Below, piece by piece: positions 35,295 to 46,474 of a stretch of DNA of 64,000 bases (its first letter is position 1; every line of letters begins with the position of its first letter). This DNA is from Oikopleura dioica (Eukaryota > Animalia > Chordata). The position numbers were made by a program, and so were the translations under genes. The notes beneath the pieces are model-generated. The model was given only the letters and a program-made list of their open reading frames with translations. It was not told the origin of the DNA and ran no database searches. The stretch is from assembly GCA_907165135.1 (NCBI GenBank), contig OU015569.1:4650001-4714000 (forward strand), given 5' to 3'.

Positions 35295-37250
35295 TTAAAA
35301 ATTCATGCCCTGAATAGAATAGTGTTTAAATTATTAAGTCTTTGTGCTTATGAATTTAATTTACCAAATTCGACTGATCTACGTATTTTGCTCTCTTGCC
35401 TGCTACCGTGGGCGAGAGATATCACGACGGAGTCTGAGGGCCCGGGCCGGGGTTTTGAATATTTCGCGCACATTCAAGTATTTTCCCATGGCTGATGGAG
35501 GACTTTTATCTGGTGGAAGACCCCATTGATGGAAGAAAGGTCTAACCTAGGCTATTTAAGATAAATTAATCTTTAACTAATAAATAGATAATAATTTTGA
35601 AAAATCTTGATCATGTGACTCTTGGAGGACCCCTGGAGGACCTTTTCTGGTGGAAGACCGGCCTTCATGGAAGACCCTTAAAATTCAGCCCCGTTTCATG
35701 ATTTTTAAATTTAAGGGGCTTGACGGCCCTTCGGGCCGTTTCAGCCCCGTTCCATGATTTTTAAATTTAAGGGGCTTGACGGCCCTTCGGGCCGTTTCAG
35801 CCCCGTTCCATGATTTTTAAATTTAAGGGGCTTGACGGCCCTTCGGGCCGTTTCAGCCCCGTTCCATGATTTTTAAATTTAAGGGGCTTGACGGCCCTTC
35901 GGGCCGTTTCAGCCCCGTTCCATGATTTTTAAATTTAAGGGGCTTGACGGCCCTTCGGGCCGTTTCAGCCCCGTTCCATGATTTTTAAATTTAAGGGGCT
36001 TGACGGCCCTTCGGGCCGTTTCAGCCCCGTTCCATGATTTTTAAATTTAAGGGGCTTGACGGCCCTTCGGGCCGTTTCAGCCCCGTTCCATGATTTTTAA
36101 ATTTAAGGGGCTTGACGGCCCTTCGGGCCGTTTCAGCCCCGTTCCATGATTTTTAAATTTAAGGGGCTTGACGGCCCTTCGGGCCGTTTCAGCCCCGTTC
36201 CATGATTTTTAAATTTAAGGGGCTTGACGGCCCTTCGGGCCGTTTCAGCCCCGTTCCATGATTTTTAAATTTAAGGGCTTGACGGCCCTTCGGGCCGTTT
36301 CAGCCCCGTTCCATGATTTTAAATTTAAGGGGCTTGACGGCCCTTCGGGCCGTTTCAGCCCCGTTCCATGATTTTTAAATTTAAGGGGCTTGACGGCCCT
36401 TCGGGCCGTTTCAGCCCCGTTCCATGATTTTTAAATTTAAGGGGCTTGACGGCCCTTCGGGCCGTTTCAGCCCCGTTCCATGATTTTTAAATTTAAGGGG
36501 CTTGACAATGGCTGGGAACTCTGAGGTGATCAATCTCAGTCCCCAACCCCGCCCACACCCATCGTTTTTAAAATTCAAATTGACAAAGTTTTCAATAATG
36601 TTATGGTTTTGAATTTATTTTTTCAATCTAAAGATTTCCTTTTATTATTATTTACAAATTATTATTATTAAGTTTATTCATTATTATTAAAACAAAATCA
36701 AAGTTATAATAATTGAAGGAAGAAGAAGTTTCTTAGGTCAGTTATTGAGAGAGGTGAATTGTGAAAAATGTTTCTAGACGGGGGGTTGTTGTTGTTCTTC
36801 GCGGAGGACCCACTCCCACGTGGCGCAAGATGCGCGCCAAAAAGAGCAAAAAGATTGGGACGAGAAAAACACGCGCAAATGCCCCAATCTATTTCGCCCT
36901 CCGTCGTGAAATCTCTCGCCCACGGTAGTATTTCCTGAATTTAACAAACAAAAGTCAACGAGCCAAGTCGTCAAGATCAACACTGCGCGGTGATTGTTGA
37001 CAACGTGGCACATGAGCCATGTGACATGGCGAATCGATTTTTCCTTGAGGGTCATGTTCGACAATTGTGGCAGTGCACTAGGGCAGGTTTCGACAATGAG
37101 TGACAGGAGATATTCGGATACGAAGTCATCAAGGAGGAATCTGTTTGCAATAAATATATAGTTAAAGACGTAAATGGCGTGTGCGGTAATAGCGGGTACA
37201 GGGATAAATGGACTTGACGACGTCAAGTTGACGTTCACTAAGTAATCGGG
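35295..37250 (-). CDS. Unknown gene whose penultimate exon is split by the TA-flanked element (5' end unresolved)
   Basis: Open exon FLLDDFVSEYLLSLIVETCP...VVNNHRA with a phase-0 donor. Reconstituted 48-nt exon EILAGKRAKYVDQSNL lies between AG (36935) and GT (35364). Last exon GMNF* is followed directly by AATAAA (35289-35294). No family recognised. Confidence 0.45.
35682..36506. repeat. Tandem minisatellite 2, 56-bp unit, about 14 copies, each with a hairpin
   Basis: Unit TTTAAATTTAAGGGGCTTGACGGCCCTTCGGGCCGTTTCAGCCCCGTTCCATGATT. Its reverse complement aligns to the minisatellite 1 unit. Confidence 0.97.
36541..36560 (-). other. G-quadruplex-forming motif GGGTGTGGGCGGGGTTGGGG leading minisatellite 2
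   Basis: The plus strand reads CCCCAACCCCGCCCACACCC. It sits on the same side of the array as the 25734 motif. Confidence 0.75.
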
Positions 37251-37996
37251 TGCTTGTTATTTCAATTTTGAATGAAGCCGACAGTAGGTTCAGTCGCGTT
37301 AGGCAGTAAGGTGGAATGTGAAGATTGAACTCATTTGAAAATTCTATACTTTGTTTAAAATATTTTATGCTGACGAATGGCGACGTGACTAGCGATTATA
37401 TAAGACCCTTGTGCTTTCTCTTGGAGAGACGGAGAACAACCCGTGGATCAGTTCGGTGGAGAGGTTAACGAGTGGGAACAAAAAACAGCCAGGTCTCGCT
37501 AAGATCTATAAATTATCTGATCTATTCGGTCATCCAAAGCGAAGGACGGAGCAATAAACAAAACGATAATTAATCCAGACCAGCTCAAAAAAGGGTGAAA
37601 TGTTTTGTTGCTCGTGCAATAATTCCCTTTTCTCTTGTGTAGTTTTACGCTGGAAAACATAATCGATTCTTAGCCCAAGAATCGTTAGGTTTTGAAAGCT
37701 AAAACAAATCAAAACGCTCATTCAGTTTTCAGATCTTCTTTTACTTGAGCAGTAAATGGAGCAGTAAAGGAAGGATACAAAGAGGGGTGAGCAGCGATAC
37801 TCATTATGTTTCAATAAATATAGGGCTACGCGCTATATAATAAAATGGAGAGCAGTCTCAACCGAGACGGATACAATGGTGATGGTGACATAATAAGAAA
37901 GTCTGACGTGAAGGAGATTTCGACGGACCTAATAATGGAGCAGCGAAACAAAACGAAGAGAAAGTAAAAATCCAACATTTTCTATCAGGGTCAGCA

Positions 37997-40900
37997 TTAT
38001 AGTTTCGAACGAAGGTACGCTTCGAGGTACTGGGATCGCGACAGGTACCCCGTGAGCTCGATAAATTCTTCGGTTGGCATTTTGAGCTTTTCCTCGACCT
38101 CGACCGGGTAGTTGTCCGTCGTGAAAGGAAGCTGAAAATAGATGTTGGAAGGCATAATTTGAAAGTCAGTAGCACCTTGAACTTATTTTGAGTTTGACGG
38201 GTGGGCTGGGGTTTGGGAGTGCTGGGCGCTCGCGTCGCCACCGGTTTCACCGATTTAGAAATAGCGGGCATTGTTCTTCGTCGGGTAGCACGGCCCTCAG
38301 TCTTCGGCTTTTCGGGTTTAATTTCCGTCTCCACTGTCTCCTCCTCGTTCTCTTCTTTGATCTCGTCGCTATTCTCCTCATCCAGTTCAGGAAGAAGAGG
38401 CTTTGGAGATTCAACTAATCCCGCCTCGAGCTTGATGACAGTGTTCGGGCTAATGTATTCCTTCTTTATTTGAGAAAGGTCAACCTCTTTCTTCAAGGCT
38501 GCAATCGCAGGGCTCTTCGAACGCGTAGAACGGGTCTCACTTTTCGGAGGTACTGGTGTCGGCAACTTTTCATCGGCGTCTTTTGAACTTTCTTCGGGAT
38601 TGGACTTTTGAGCGCGGCTGGCTCGGAGGGAAACTCGAGTGGCTCGGCTCGGAGTGGCTTTCTCAGGCGGCTCCTGTTTTACCACGACTTGGGCAGCCAA
38701 AGACAGACGGTCCTCCTTGGCGGTTTCCTCAGTCTGAGGCTGGCGACTTAGACGACGCTTGGGTCGAGTGTTAATCGAGGGTGCTGAAGCTGACTTCGTC
38801 GCTGCTCGTGGTGGGGCAGGCTCGACTCCGTCGCTCTCAGAATCAGAGCTTATAACTTCCTTGCTCTTTTTGCTTCGCTTGCTGAAAAAATACTGTTATT
38901 CGAAGTCGTGCGCGAGAGAAAGAAATTAAAGATGATTGAAAAAAGAAATTAAAGCTTTACGAACCTCGTTGACTCGGTTTGAGTGTCAAGATCCTTTTGC
39001 GGGTACTGCTTTTGCCCAGCCTTGACCTCGGACTCGTCCAGCTTCACATGCGAGAGGAACTTGAATGATTCCGGCACGAAATCCTCAATCTTGGGGGACG
39101 TCGTCTTCGGGGCTTCTCGTCGTGATGGCCGTCCCTTCGGTGTCTCTTGTCGTTTTGGGGTCGGTTTGTCTTCGACAGGTTGCGAAACACGACTGCGAGA
39201 GCGTTGTGGTCGAGAGGGCGTTTCTGAAGCACGATCTGGTGTCTTGTCCTTTCGGAAGCGTTTCGAACGCTCTTCAGATTGAGATGGTTTTGCGGGCTCC
39301 TGTTTGCGCTTCTTGAGCACACGGGACTTCACAGCGTTGCGGTCCTCGGGACCAGAAGAGTCATCAGAGTCTTTGGGAGGGATAATAGCTCTGGATCGAC
39401 GTGTTCTTGCTGTCGGGGTGTTCTCCTTATTAGGATCAGCTTTGGAAAGTTTCGGCGTAACTCGCTTCTCATTCTTTTTGTCTTCTGGCACGACAATCTC
39501 TTCTGCAATGGCTACTCGTGGATATGAAAAAATGATCAGAGGAATTATTTTCAATAAAATAATGCTTCTATTTTAGATATAGTAAAGAGGACGCATTTTC
39601 AAATCCGTTCCCATGAGGGCATCATCGTCGAGGTCACTTGCTTGAGGTGTGACTTGCGCTGCCATTGCTGATCTCAACAGATCTGGACTTTGAATTTCCG
39701 TGCCAGAAATGTAGTAGGACTTGTACGACTTTCCTTGTTGAATTCCCTCTTTGAGACTCGCGACGGTAGCATCGAGCATGCGAATCTTTAGCACTCCCAC
39801 TCCCTTGACAAAGTCGGCCACATCGTCATTGTTTTCGAAGGGACCGTAGAACTGTCTGTAGATGTAGTTGATCATCTTCTGAAGATGGGATGTGCCGAGC
39901 TTCGGGATGTGGACTTCATTGCTCATACATGACTCGCTCGCGACGTAGTCGGAAACAACTGCCAGAATGATCTTGTGAGCTTTCAATTGACCATCGGAGC
40001 ACACCAATGTCAAGTCTAGAATTTTGAGTTTAGGAAAGGAACTTTCCGACAAGTGGAGCTTACCGCAGGAAGGATCGTCATACATCTGTTTGTTAAGAAG
40101 CATACTCATGATACAGTTCTTCGCAGACTTGGTTTGCTTGTCCAAATACTCGTATATCATTGCTCGCGACTCAAAGTCCTGAATTTCGACGTTCGCGTCA
40201 TATCGAATTATTTAAATTTTACCCGGCTTAAAGTGATGTCTTCGCTGTCCCCTGCTAGATACTGTGTTTCGGCGTCTTTTGTGCTTCTCGTGGCTTGAAC
40301 TCCAGCGGCAACTTTGAAGGCTCGTTGGGAGAACTGGTGTCCAAAGTGAGCTTGTTTGGGCTTGCGGAGCTTTTTCTGGGTCGAGGCGTCTTTCTTTCCG
40401 ACGGGCTCGGTAAGGACAGCCATGTCGCGTGTGTACTGCGAGGTCTGAATAGCGCGCGTCGTGGTGATCACTCCAGTCGACGAAGTTTGTTGAGCACCGG
40501 CACCGGGGCGTTCGAGGATCGACGTTCGTCTGTTCGGCAATCCGTTAAGAATCTCGTTCAAGCCGCGGGACTTGTGAGCTGACAAGCTGGTGAATTGGGA
40601 GACGGGCGAAGAGATGCCAGAAGAAGGATGAGAGACGCGACCTGCGCTCGGTGCCTTTTTAAGTTTATTAGAAGAAGTTTTTTTCTTCTTCTCTTTAATC
40701 TTAGTAGGCGGAGGAGTGCTGATCACTAAGGCATTGTCGTCCGAGTCTGAAGCTTGCTTTTAGATTGACATTCGACAGTAAGAAAACAGTAATCTTAGGA
40801 GTGAATTGCGACTGACCTGAATCCTCTCGGGACTGGGCTCGCGAGGCCCGCTCGATCATCGACAATCGCTCATCAAGGGCAGTGGTTGATTTTGGTGCGT

Positions 40901-41980
40901 CTTCGGAAACAGTCGAAGGCGGTCGCGAACGCAAGTTGTTGGGCGAGGAGACCGACGATGGCGTTCGCGTCCTCGTCTGATCGGCGTTGTTGTTGGGCAG
41001 CAGGCCGGCACCAGATGCGCCGCCGTTCAACATTTCCTCGGCCTTTCTGGCGTCCTCGTCCGCGATCTGGCGATGGCGCGATCGTGAAGACCTGGTCTCG
41101 CTTTCTGTCTCACTAGAATTCGCGTTACCACTGGCGTCGCGAAGAGGAAATGGGGCTACCTGTGTGAAAATTCATCGCTGCTTTGCGAGTGTGGTGTGCG
41201 CGACGATCGTTCCGACTTGACTACACGAACCGGCCACTTTTTATCGATGTTTTTCACCTAAACTCTCGAGAAATGACCTCGGGAGTAGCTTAACCCACCG
41301 TACTGTCCAGCTCGTACAGAATTCTTGGTGGGAAAACGTCGTCCCACGTAGTCCTCAACTCGTAGAGCTTCTTGCGGTCCGGATCGGGTGAGCTACCACA
41401 AATCATATTTTTCTGATCGTTGAGTTTGTCTTATTACCTATGCCTGAACGTCTCCGCGAAGAGCTTCACCAAGTTGGTCGAGAAGTGGTGCACGTACTCG
41501 TCGGGGAAGTCCTTGATGATGTGGTCGATGAGGTAGAGCACGGGGATACGGTACTTGGGCGCCTCGCGCAGCCGCTGCTCGATCAAGTCCACGATCTATA
41601 AAAAAAACGGTGGAATGGCGCCCTAGAATAGCATCGCTCCAACCTGATCCGCATGTGCTCGATATTCGCCAGCCAAGATCGCCAAGGTCGTCAAGTGAGG
41701 TCGAGAATTGACACGCAGCTCGTTGAGCATGCCACCGAAGCCGCGGATGATCTAAAATACGAATAATTACTACTTCCAAGCGATGATATCGAAGAAAGAG
41801 CTTATCTATGCTTCGTTGGATGCGAAAGGTACATCTCGCAATCCTTTCGCAATTTTTTTTAGTAACTACGCGCTTATTTAAGAATCATCTGTTCCTTGAA
41901 TTTACATTATCAATGAAGGCTTGATCCGGGTTCGCTTCGATGACCTTCTCTTCCAGGGTGGGTCCATTTTCATTCGGCAT
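37997..41980 (-). CDS. Large protein with an N-terminal PCF11-type CTD-interacting domain (CID), a central BTB/POZ domain and S/T/P/K/R/E-rich disordered regions
   Basis: CID: MLNELRVNSRPHLTTLAILAGEY, IVDLIEQRL, PVLYLIDHIIKD, KLYELRTTWDDVFPPRILYELD, IDKKWP. BTB: YDDPSC-DLTLVCSDGQLKAHKIILAVVSDY...LQKMINYIY. The exons join in phase through GT-AG introns and end ...YLEAYLRSKL*. Confidence 0.8.
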
Positions 41981-42793
41981 TTTTCCCACGATTCATAAAA
42001 ACGTTTATTTCACTTGTCTGAACCCGTTCGATTTGGGTCAGAGTCGGAAATTTCTGAATTCAAAGAGTTTACAGATTATTCCTTCTTTTTTCGTCAAAGA
42101 ACAAAGGTTCAGCAAAGTTTTTAAAAAGGCAACAGACCGGAAATTTAGTCTACTTCTGTTATTAGGACTAGGACTGTTCGAATGCCCTTAGGGAACGAGA
42201 GAAGGAATGACTCCAAAAGTGGCTTGATGATTCATAGATTTCGAAAAATGACGTCACTTTTTCCTACCGGTTTAGAGTGCTTTAAAAAGTTAATTCTTTT
42301 TAGCCAGAAATAAAAATTCCAAAGACTAAATCCACCGAATAAAAGGCATTTTTCATTTATCTTTTCTCTTTATCATCCCCGTCAATCACGTGACCCTTTT
42401 GTAGGTTAACTGGGTTCATAAAAAGAAGGATGAAACTGTAGAATAGGGCGCTTTGCAATATTTCTCTCCGCCCACGCCTTTTTCTCTCAAGTTTTTTAAA
42501 TTCATTTTTTTTGCGATTTCAGTTTTCTCTGATTCGGATTGGTTCGTTCGTGTTTGTTTAGAGAGGGTCGAGTTCAGTTATTGTTTGATTGAAATTCGAT
42601 TATTATTTTTTTTTTTTTGTTGACTTTAGAATTTTTTTTTTGGGGTGGAGTATAATTTTTAGCGTTGGGTTGGGGCTATTGGGGCGAATCGAGAGAATCT
42701 TCGAGCAGGCCAGAGCGTTTTTCTTGGCAGTGACGAGCGAATGGCTTTGGCTGGTGGGAGCGCGCCGCCTACGCGCGCTGAATTGGAGCCCGG

Positions 42794-42809
42794 AGCCAAT
42801 CAGCGCGCG
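42794..42809 (+). promoter_or_regulatory. CCAAT box in extended motif AGCCAATCAGCGCGCG, upstream of the CID-BTB gene
   Basis: NF-Y-type CCAAT in a GC-rich island. A second CCAAT at about 42848. The same extended motif occurs at 45433 and 60941. Confidence 0.55.
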
Positions 42810-43600
42810 CCTACGCTCACATTCATTGATTTCGAGTGCGCGCGGCGGCCAATGAGCGACCAAACTCCACTAGATCGCGCTCGAGACGGGGATGGGACAC
42901 GTAGCCTTCTATTCGCGCAATTTTTCTCGCGAATTTTTGTCACCTCACGTCTCGTCCAGTATTTATTAAATGAATAATTAATAAAATAATCATTACTCTT
43001 GCTGAAAACGACAATTGTTAATTGCATGCAATAGGTATTAGAGTTCTCTATATTGGAGTTTATCTTTTTCTTTTCAAAACTCATTTTCCTGCAAAATTTC
43101 TTCGTGCTTCGATGCGAAATGCTAACAATAACGAAATGAGAATAGTCCTCAATTCTGACTGATCGATCTGCAACTGTATTCAGCAGCAGGGCTCGGCAAT
43201 CTATGTGGAAAAGAAAGAAATCGTCAGGAAAAGCGACACAGAAGTCGACTTTTTAAGCGATAGAAGTGGATTTTCGTTTTTGTTTTATTTTTGGAGGAAC
43301 GTCAAAACCTAGACTGTAACTTCTGGTAATGGTAAGCTGACACAGAAAGATGAAAGAAAATGAACTTGAAATACGGATAAAGAGAATAAGAGTTTTTAAG
43401 TTTTTTTTTCTAGGTCAGAATTACTGTTTTCCAATTACTGTTCGTTAAACTGTAAATACTTAATTAGTAAAAGATAAATTGCACTTTGTTTGAAGAGAAA
43501 GAAGGGCAGCTTCGCTTCATTAAAAAAGGAAATTCTAAACGGAGAAGGTTTTCGGAAGTTTTCGGCTCTTGAAAGTTGAAATGTCGCGGTTTAATTAAGT

Positions 43601-44340
43601 CTACAGTTCGTCTTTGACGCCAGCCGGCCAGTTCTCTTTGGGCACATACTTGGGCATCAGCTCCTTGACGCGCGAGACGAACTCGTCCTTTTCCAGGCAG
43701 TTTTTGCACACTTCGCCCCAAGTCGTCAGAATCTTCTTCAACTCTTTCACCTGATCAAATCGTCAAACACCGATCATTGGGCAAGTCTGGTTACCTTGAT
43801 CTTTTGCCAGTTGATGGCGCTGTAATCGTATGGCTTCGGGTATTTGAGATCGCAGATTTGAGCGTCCTTCTTTTTCAGCGTCGCGCAGATTTTTTGAACC
43901 GGCTTTTTGAACGACATTGGATCCACGATTGACTGAAATTAACATGACTACGATTGTCTACAGACGTTTATAAGTTGGGGAACCGCTTTATTCAAGCACT
44001 TTAAGGCCCTGACTCAGGTTTTGGAGACAGGTTACTTCGCCCAGAGAAGCTGCTCCTCGATAAAAAAAATAATGCGCTAAAAGGCAGCACTCTTCTAAAA
44101 AGTATTAACCTTGTGCATGGTGGTTGCAGCGTCTGGCGTGAGTCCCGTGTAATAGCAGAATCTGTTGTCCTGCTCTTTGGCTTCCTTGCACATGGCTCGG
44201 AGCTTCTTCTCGATTTCGCCCTTGTCACTGATGTTCTCGTCGGTGAGCACCTTCTCGACCTTGCCGAGGAAAGTCTCGCAGACTTCGCACTCGCCAGAAG
44301 CCGCCGCCAAAGTCGCCAGGCCGAAGAAGAACAATTTCAT
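43601..44340 (-). CDS. MANF: MANF/CDNF (ARMET) ER-stress neurotrophic factor
   Basis: Signal peptide, [61 protein letters not shown]-terminal KDEL*. Three exons. Confidence 0.96.
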
Positions 44341-44705
44341 TTTCTGAAAAAGGAAAGAAGTGAAATCAACGAAGAGTAACGTAAAATAATAGAGTTTCTT
44401 GTTTCAATCAATTGCTATCAAAAAAATAATACATGTAGATTGTTCTATAGAAAGTGAAGACTGGGCCCGGCGATCTGTGTAGAAAACCTGAGTCAGGGTC
44501 TTTCGACAAATAACCAATTTGATTTTTTTATTAGATTTCTTTACTGACCCTGACTCAGGTCTTATACACTGGTTGAGGAGCCCAGATTGAAGGGATTTCA
44601 GTGGTCAAGAAAAAATAACATGAAAAAATGGAAATGTATACGATTCTGCGTTTTAGCACTTTTTGTCACAGGTGGATGCGTCTTCTTTGATTCTTGAGTG
44701 ACAAA

Positions 44706-45319
44706 CTAGGCAGTGACTTCTTTTAACTTGTCGCTGGCGGCAACCCATTCTTTGGTCGACTTGTCCGCGGCTTCATCTTCAACAAGTTGTCGGAGAGCGA
44801 TGATGGCTACATTTTTTGTTTAGAATCTACCTTTTTGAAGTTATAAAGTTACCGTTTTGCAGCGCGTTTTCAGTGTCTTTCAAAGCAGCTTTGGTCTCGT
44901 CGATTTGCTGGGGAATCATTTTGGCGCGGTACGCTTCTTCTTCGTCTTTGAAGTTCTGGTTTTGAAGCTTCTTTTCAAAAGCTGCCAGTTCTTTTTGATA
45001 GTATTGCTGGAATGATAAAATTAAACTAATTTCAAAGAGAATTTCAACATAAATTTGAAGCGGTTTTTTAATCATCGGAATCTTTAGAAGAATTTAGAAT
45101 CTTGCGTTAAAAAAAAGCCGCACCACGGCTCTTCATTTGATATTTTTCAGGGCCTGACTCAGATTAAATTAATCGTATTTGTACGTATCGTTGATTACTC
45201 GGAGCCGCAAGCGGCTTCTGGATTAATAATCTCGATCATTATAATAATAAAATTACCTTTTCTTTGAAAGTTCTGTTGACAACGCCAGTTTGGATTCTCA
45301 GTTTTTTCGCGTCAGCCAT
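44706..45319 (-). CDS. TBCA: Tubulin-specific chaperone A
   Basis: MADAKKLRIQTGVVNRTFKEK-QYYQKE matches the TBCA start (IKTGVVKRLVKEK..YEKE). Small three-exon helical protein. Confidence 0.85.
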
Positions 45320-45432
45320 CTTCGTTGTTTTTTTTTTTTGTTTTAGCGTTTTTCGAGTCGAAATGGGCTCTTTTAAAAAAGAATGAATCAACGCAGTAAA
45401 TTTTTCTTTTGGAACACGTCGAGCGGGGGCGA

Positions 45433-45446
45433 CCAATCAGCGCGCG
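45433..45446 (+). promoter_or_regulatory. CCAAT motif CCAATCAGCGCGCG in the divergent TBCA / ORF45786 promoter
   Basis: Lies between head-to-head genes. Same extended motif as 42794 and 60941. Confidence 0.55.
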
Positions 45447-45785
45447 TCTTCGCTCGCGAAAAGCAAATTGCGACTCGATGCGAACGCTGACTTAGCATGA
45501 CGTGGCCGACTCAGTGGAGAATTCTAGAGAATGTGTCTCATCTTGAGAAATTATAAATCGCTCGATGTTTTGCGTAATCTTTGATCATCTTTCATCATTT
45601 ACGTGTTAGAATCATTATAAGATAGAAATTTAGTTAAAAAAATTTTATATCGACAAATAGCTGTTTGAATGTCGAGAAGCCGCTTGGACTCGGCAACCTG
45701 TGTAGAAAACCTGAGTCAGGGTACTGACTAAATTCTTCTTTCTAAAAAAACTTTAGATGGTTTCGTTTAGATTGATTTTGAAAGA

Positions 45786-46268
45786 ATGATGAAACGAAAA
45801 GTCCAGTGCCCGAAATTGATCAAGACGGTCGTCGTAAAGAAAGCACGGAAAATGACGGAAGCGGAAATTAAATCGGCTCAAGAACAAGCACAGAAAGAAG
45901 ACAGACAACGGAAAGTGATGGACGGAATCGCGCAACACCCCGAAAGGCACATTCTAGCGCCGCTTATTTTTAACCGAATGCCGGCAAATGGCTTTGTAGA
46001 CGCGTTGAATGTTCTTGCGCCGCGGGATGGCCAGCCAAATTACGACGATCTTTTACCTTTCTACGACTGTCGAAAAATTCTCGCGAAATTCGGAGAAGAA
46101 GATCCAACGCTGAAATCAATAAGAGCACGGTGCAAAGTACTCGAGGCTTTATTTTTCCTTTATCTTAGCAAGATAAAGAGTATCTTTCATCCTGTCCAAG
46201 AAAATCGTACGAGCAGCGCAATCGGGATTGCCCACTTTCTGGCTTGGCAATCGCCATTTCCTGGATAA
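45786..46268 (+). CDS. Uncharacterised intronless 160-aa protein
   Basis: ATG ORF with protein-like composition, followed by AATAA. No family recognised. Confidence 0.55.
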   Translation: MMKRKVQCPKLIKTVVVKKARKMTEAEIKSAQEQAQKEDRQRKVMDGIAQHPERHILAPLIFNRMPANGFVDALNVLAPRDGQPNYDDLLPFYDCRKILAKFGEEDPTLKSIRARCKVLEALFFLYLSKIKSIFHPVQENRTSSAIGIAHFLAWQSPFPG

Positions 46269-46474
46269 AACAATAAGCAAAAAACAACGAAAACTGCCAA
46301 ATTTACGTCGCATTTTGCCTCTTTCGCTTTTGCGGTATTTTTGCTCACTTACCGCATTCCTGACAAATTGAAACCGAACGACAGTATCTCTTTTACTTTT
46401 ACTGTTAAAATAAAATTGAGAACTTCAAAATCTTGCCGAAATTTTTAAAAATCTCAATTTCAGCAATTTCAGAA

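Larger units (their letters stand above)
35406..36925. mobile_element. Non-autonomous Tc1/mariner-superfamily-like element (1520 bp, TA TSD) carrying minisatellite 2
   Basis: 27-bp TIR CCGTGGGCGAGAGATWTCACGACGGAG (35406-35432; inverse 36899-36925, one mismatch). TA on both sides (35404-35405, 36926-36927). Confidence 0.88.

Noticed and set aside
25794-36506. Hairpin repeat arrays as CRISPR arrays
   Set aside because: The sequence between hairpins is identical from unit to unit (no unique spacers), there are no cas genes and the context is eukaryotic.
36774-36925. C-terminal part of ORF 36774-37238 (-)
   Set aside because: It reads through a likely intron and into the transposon TIR, so it is not a genuine protein end.
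37997-38140. Villin-headpiece-like C-terminus of the CID-BTB protein (MPTEEFIELTGYLSRSQY)
   Set aside because: Only a loose resemblance; the headpiece W/KK..LF motif is absent.
38188-41220. Many plus-strand ORFs over 38-41 kb (and similar antisense ORFs over MAN2B1, NUDT6, cdc25 and ABCB10)
   Set aside because: They are antisense or alternate-frame shadows of the identified coding exons.
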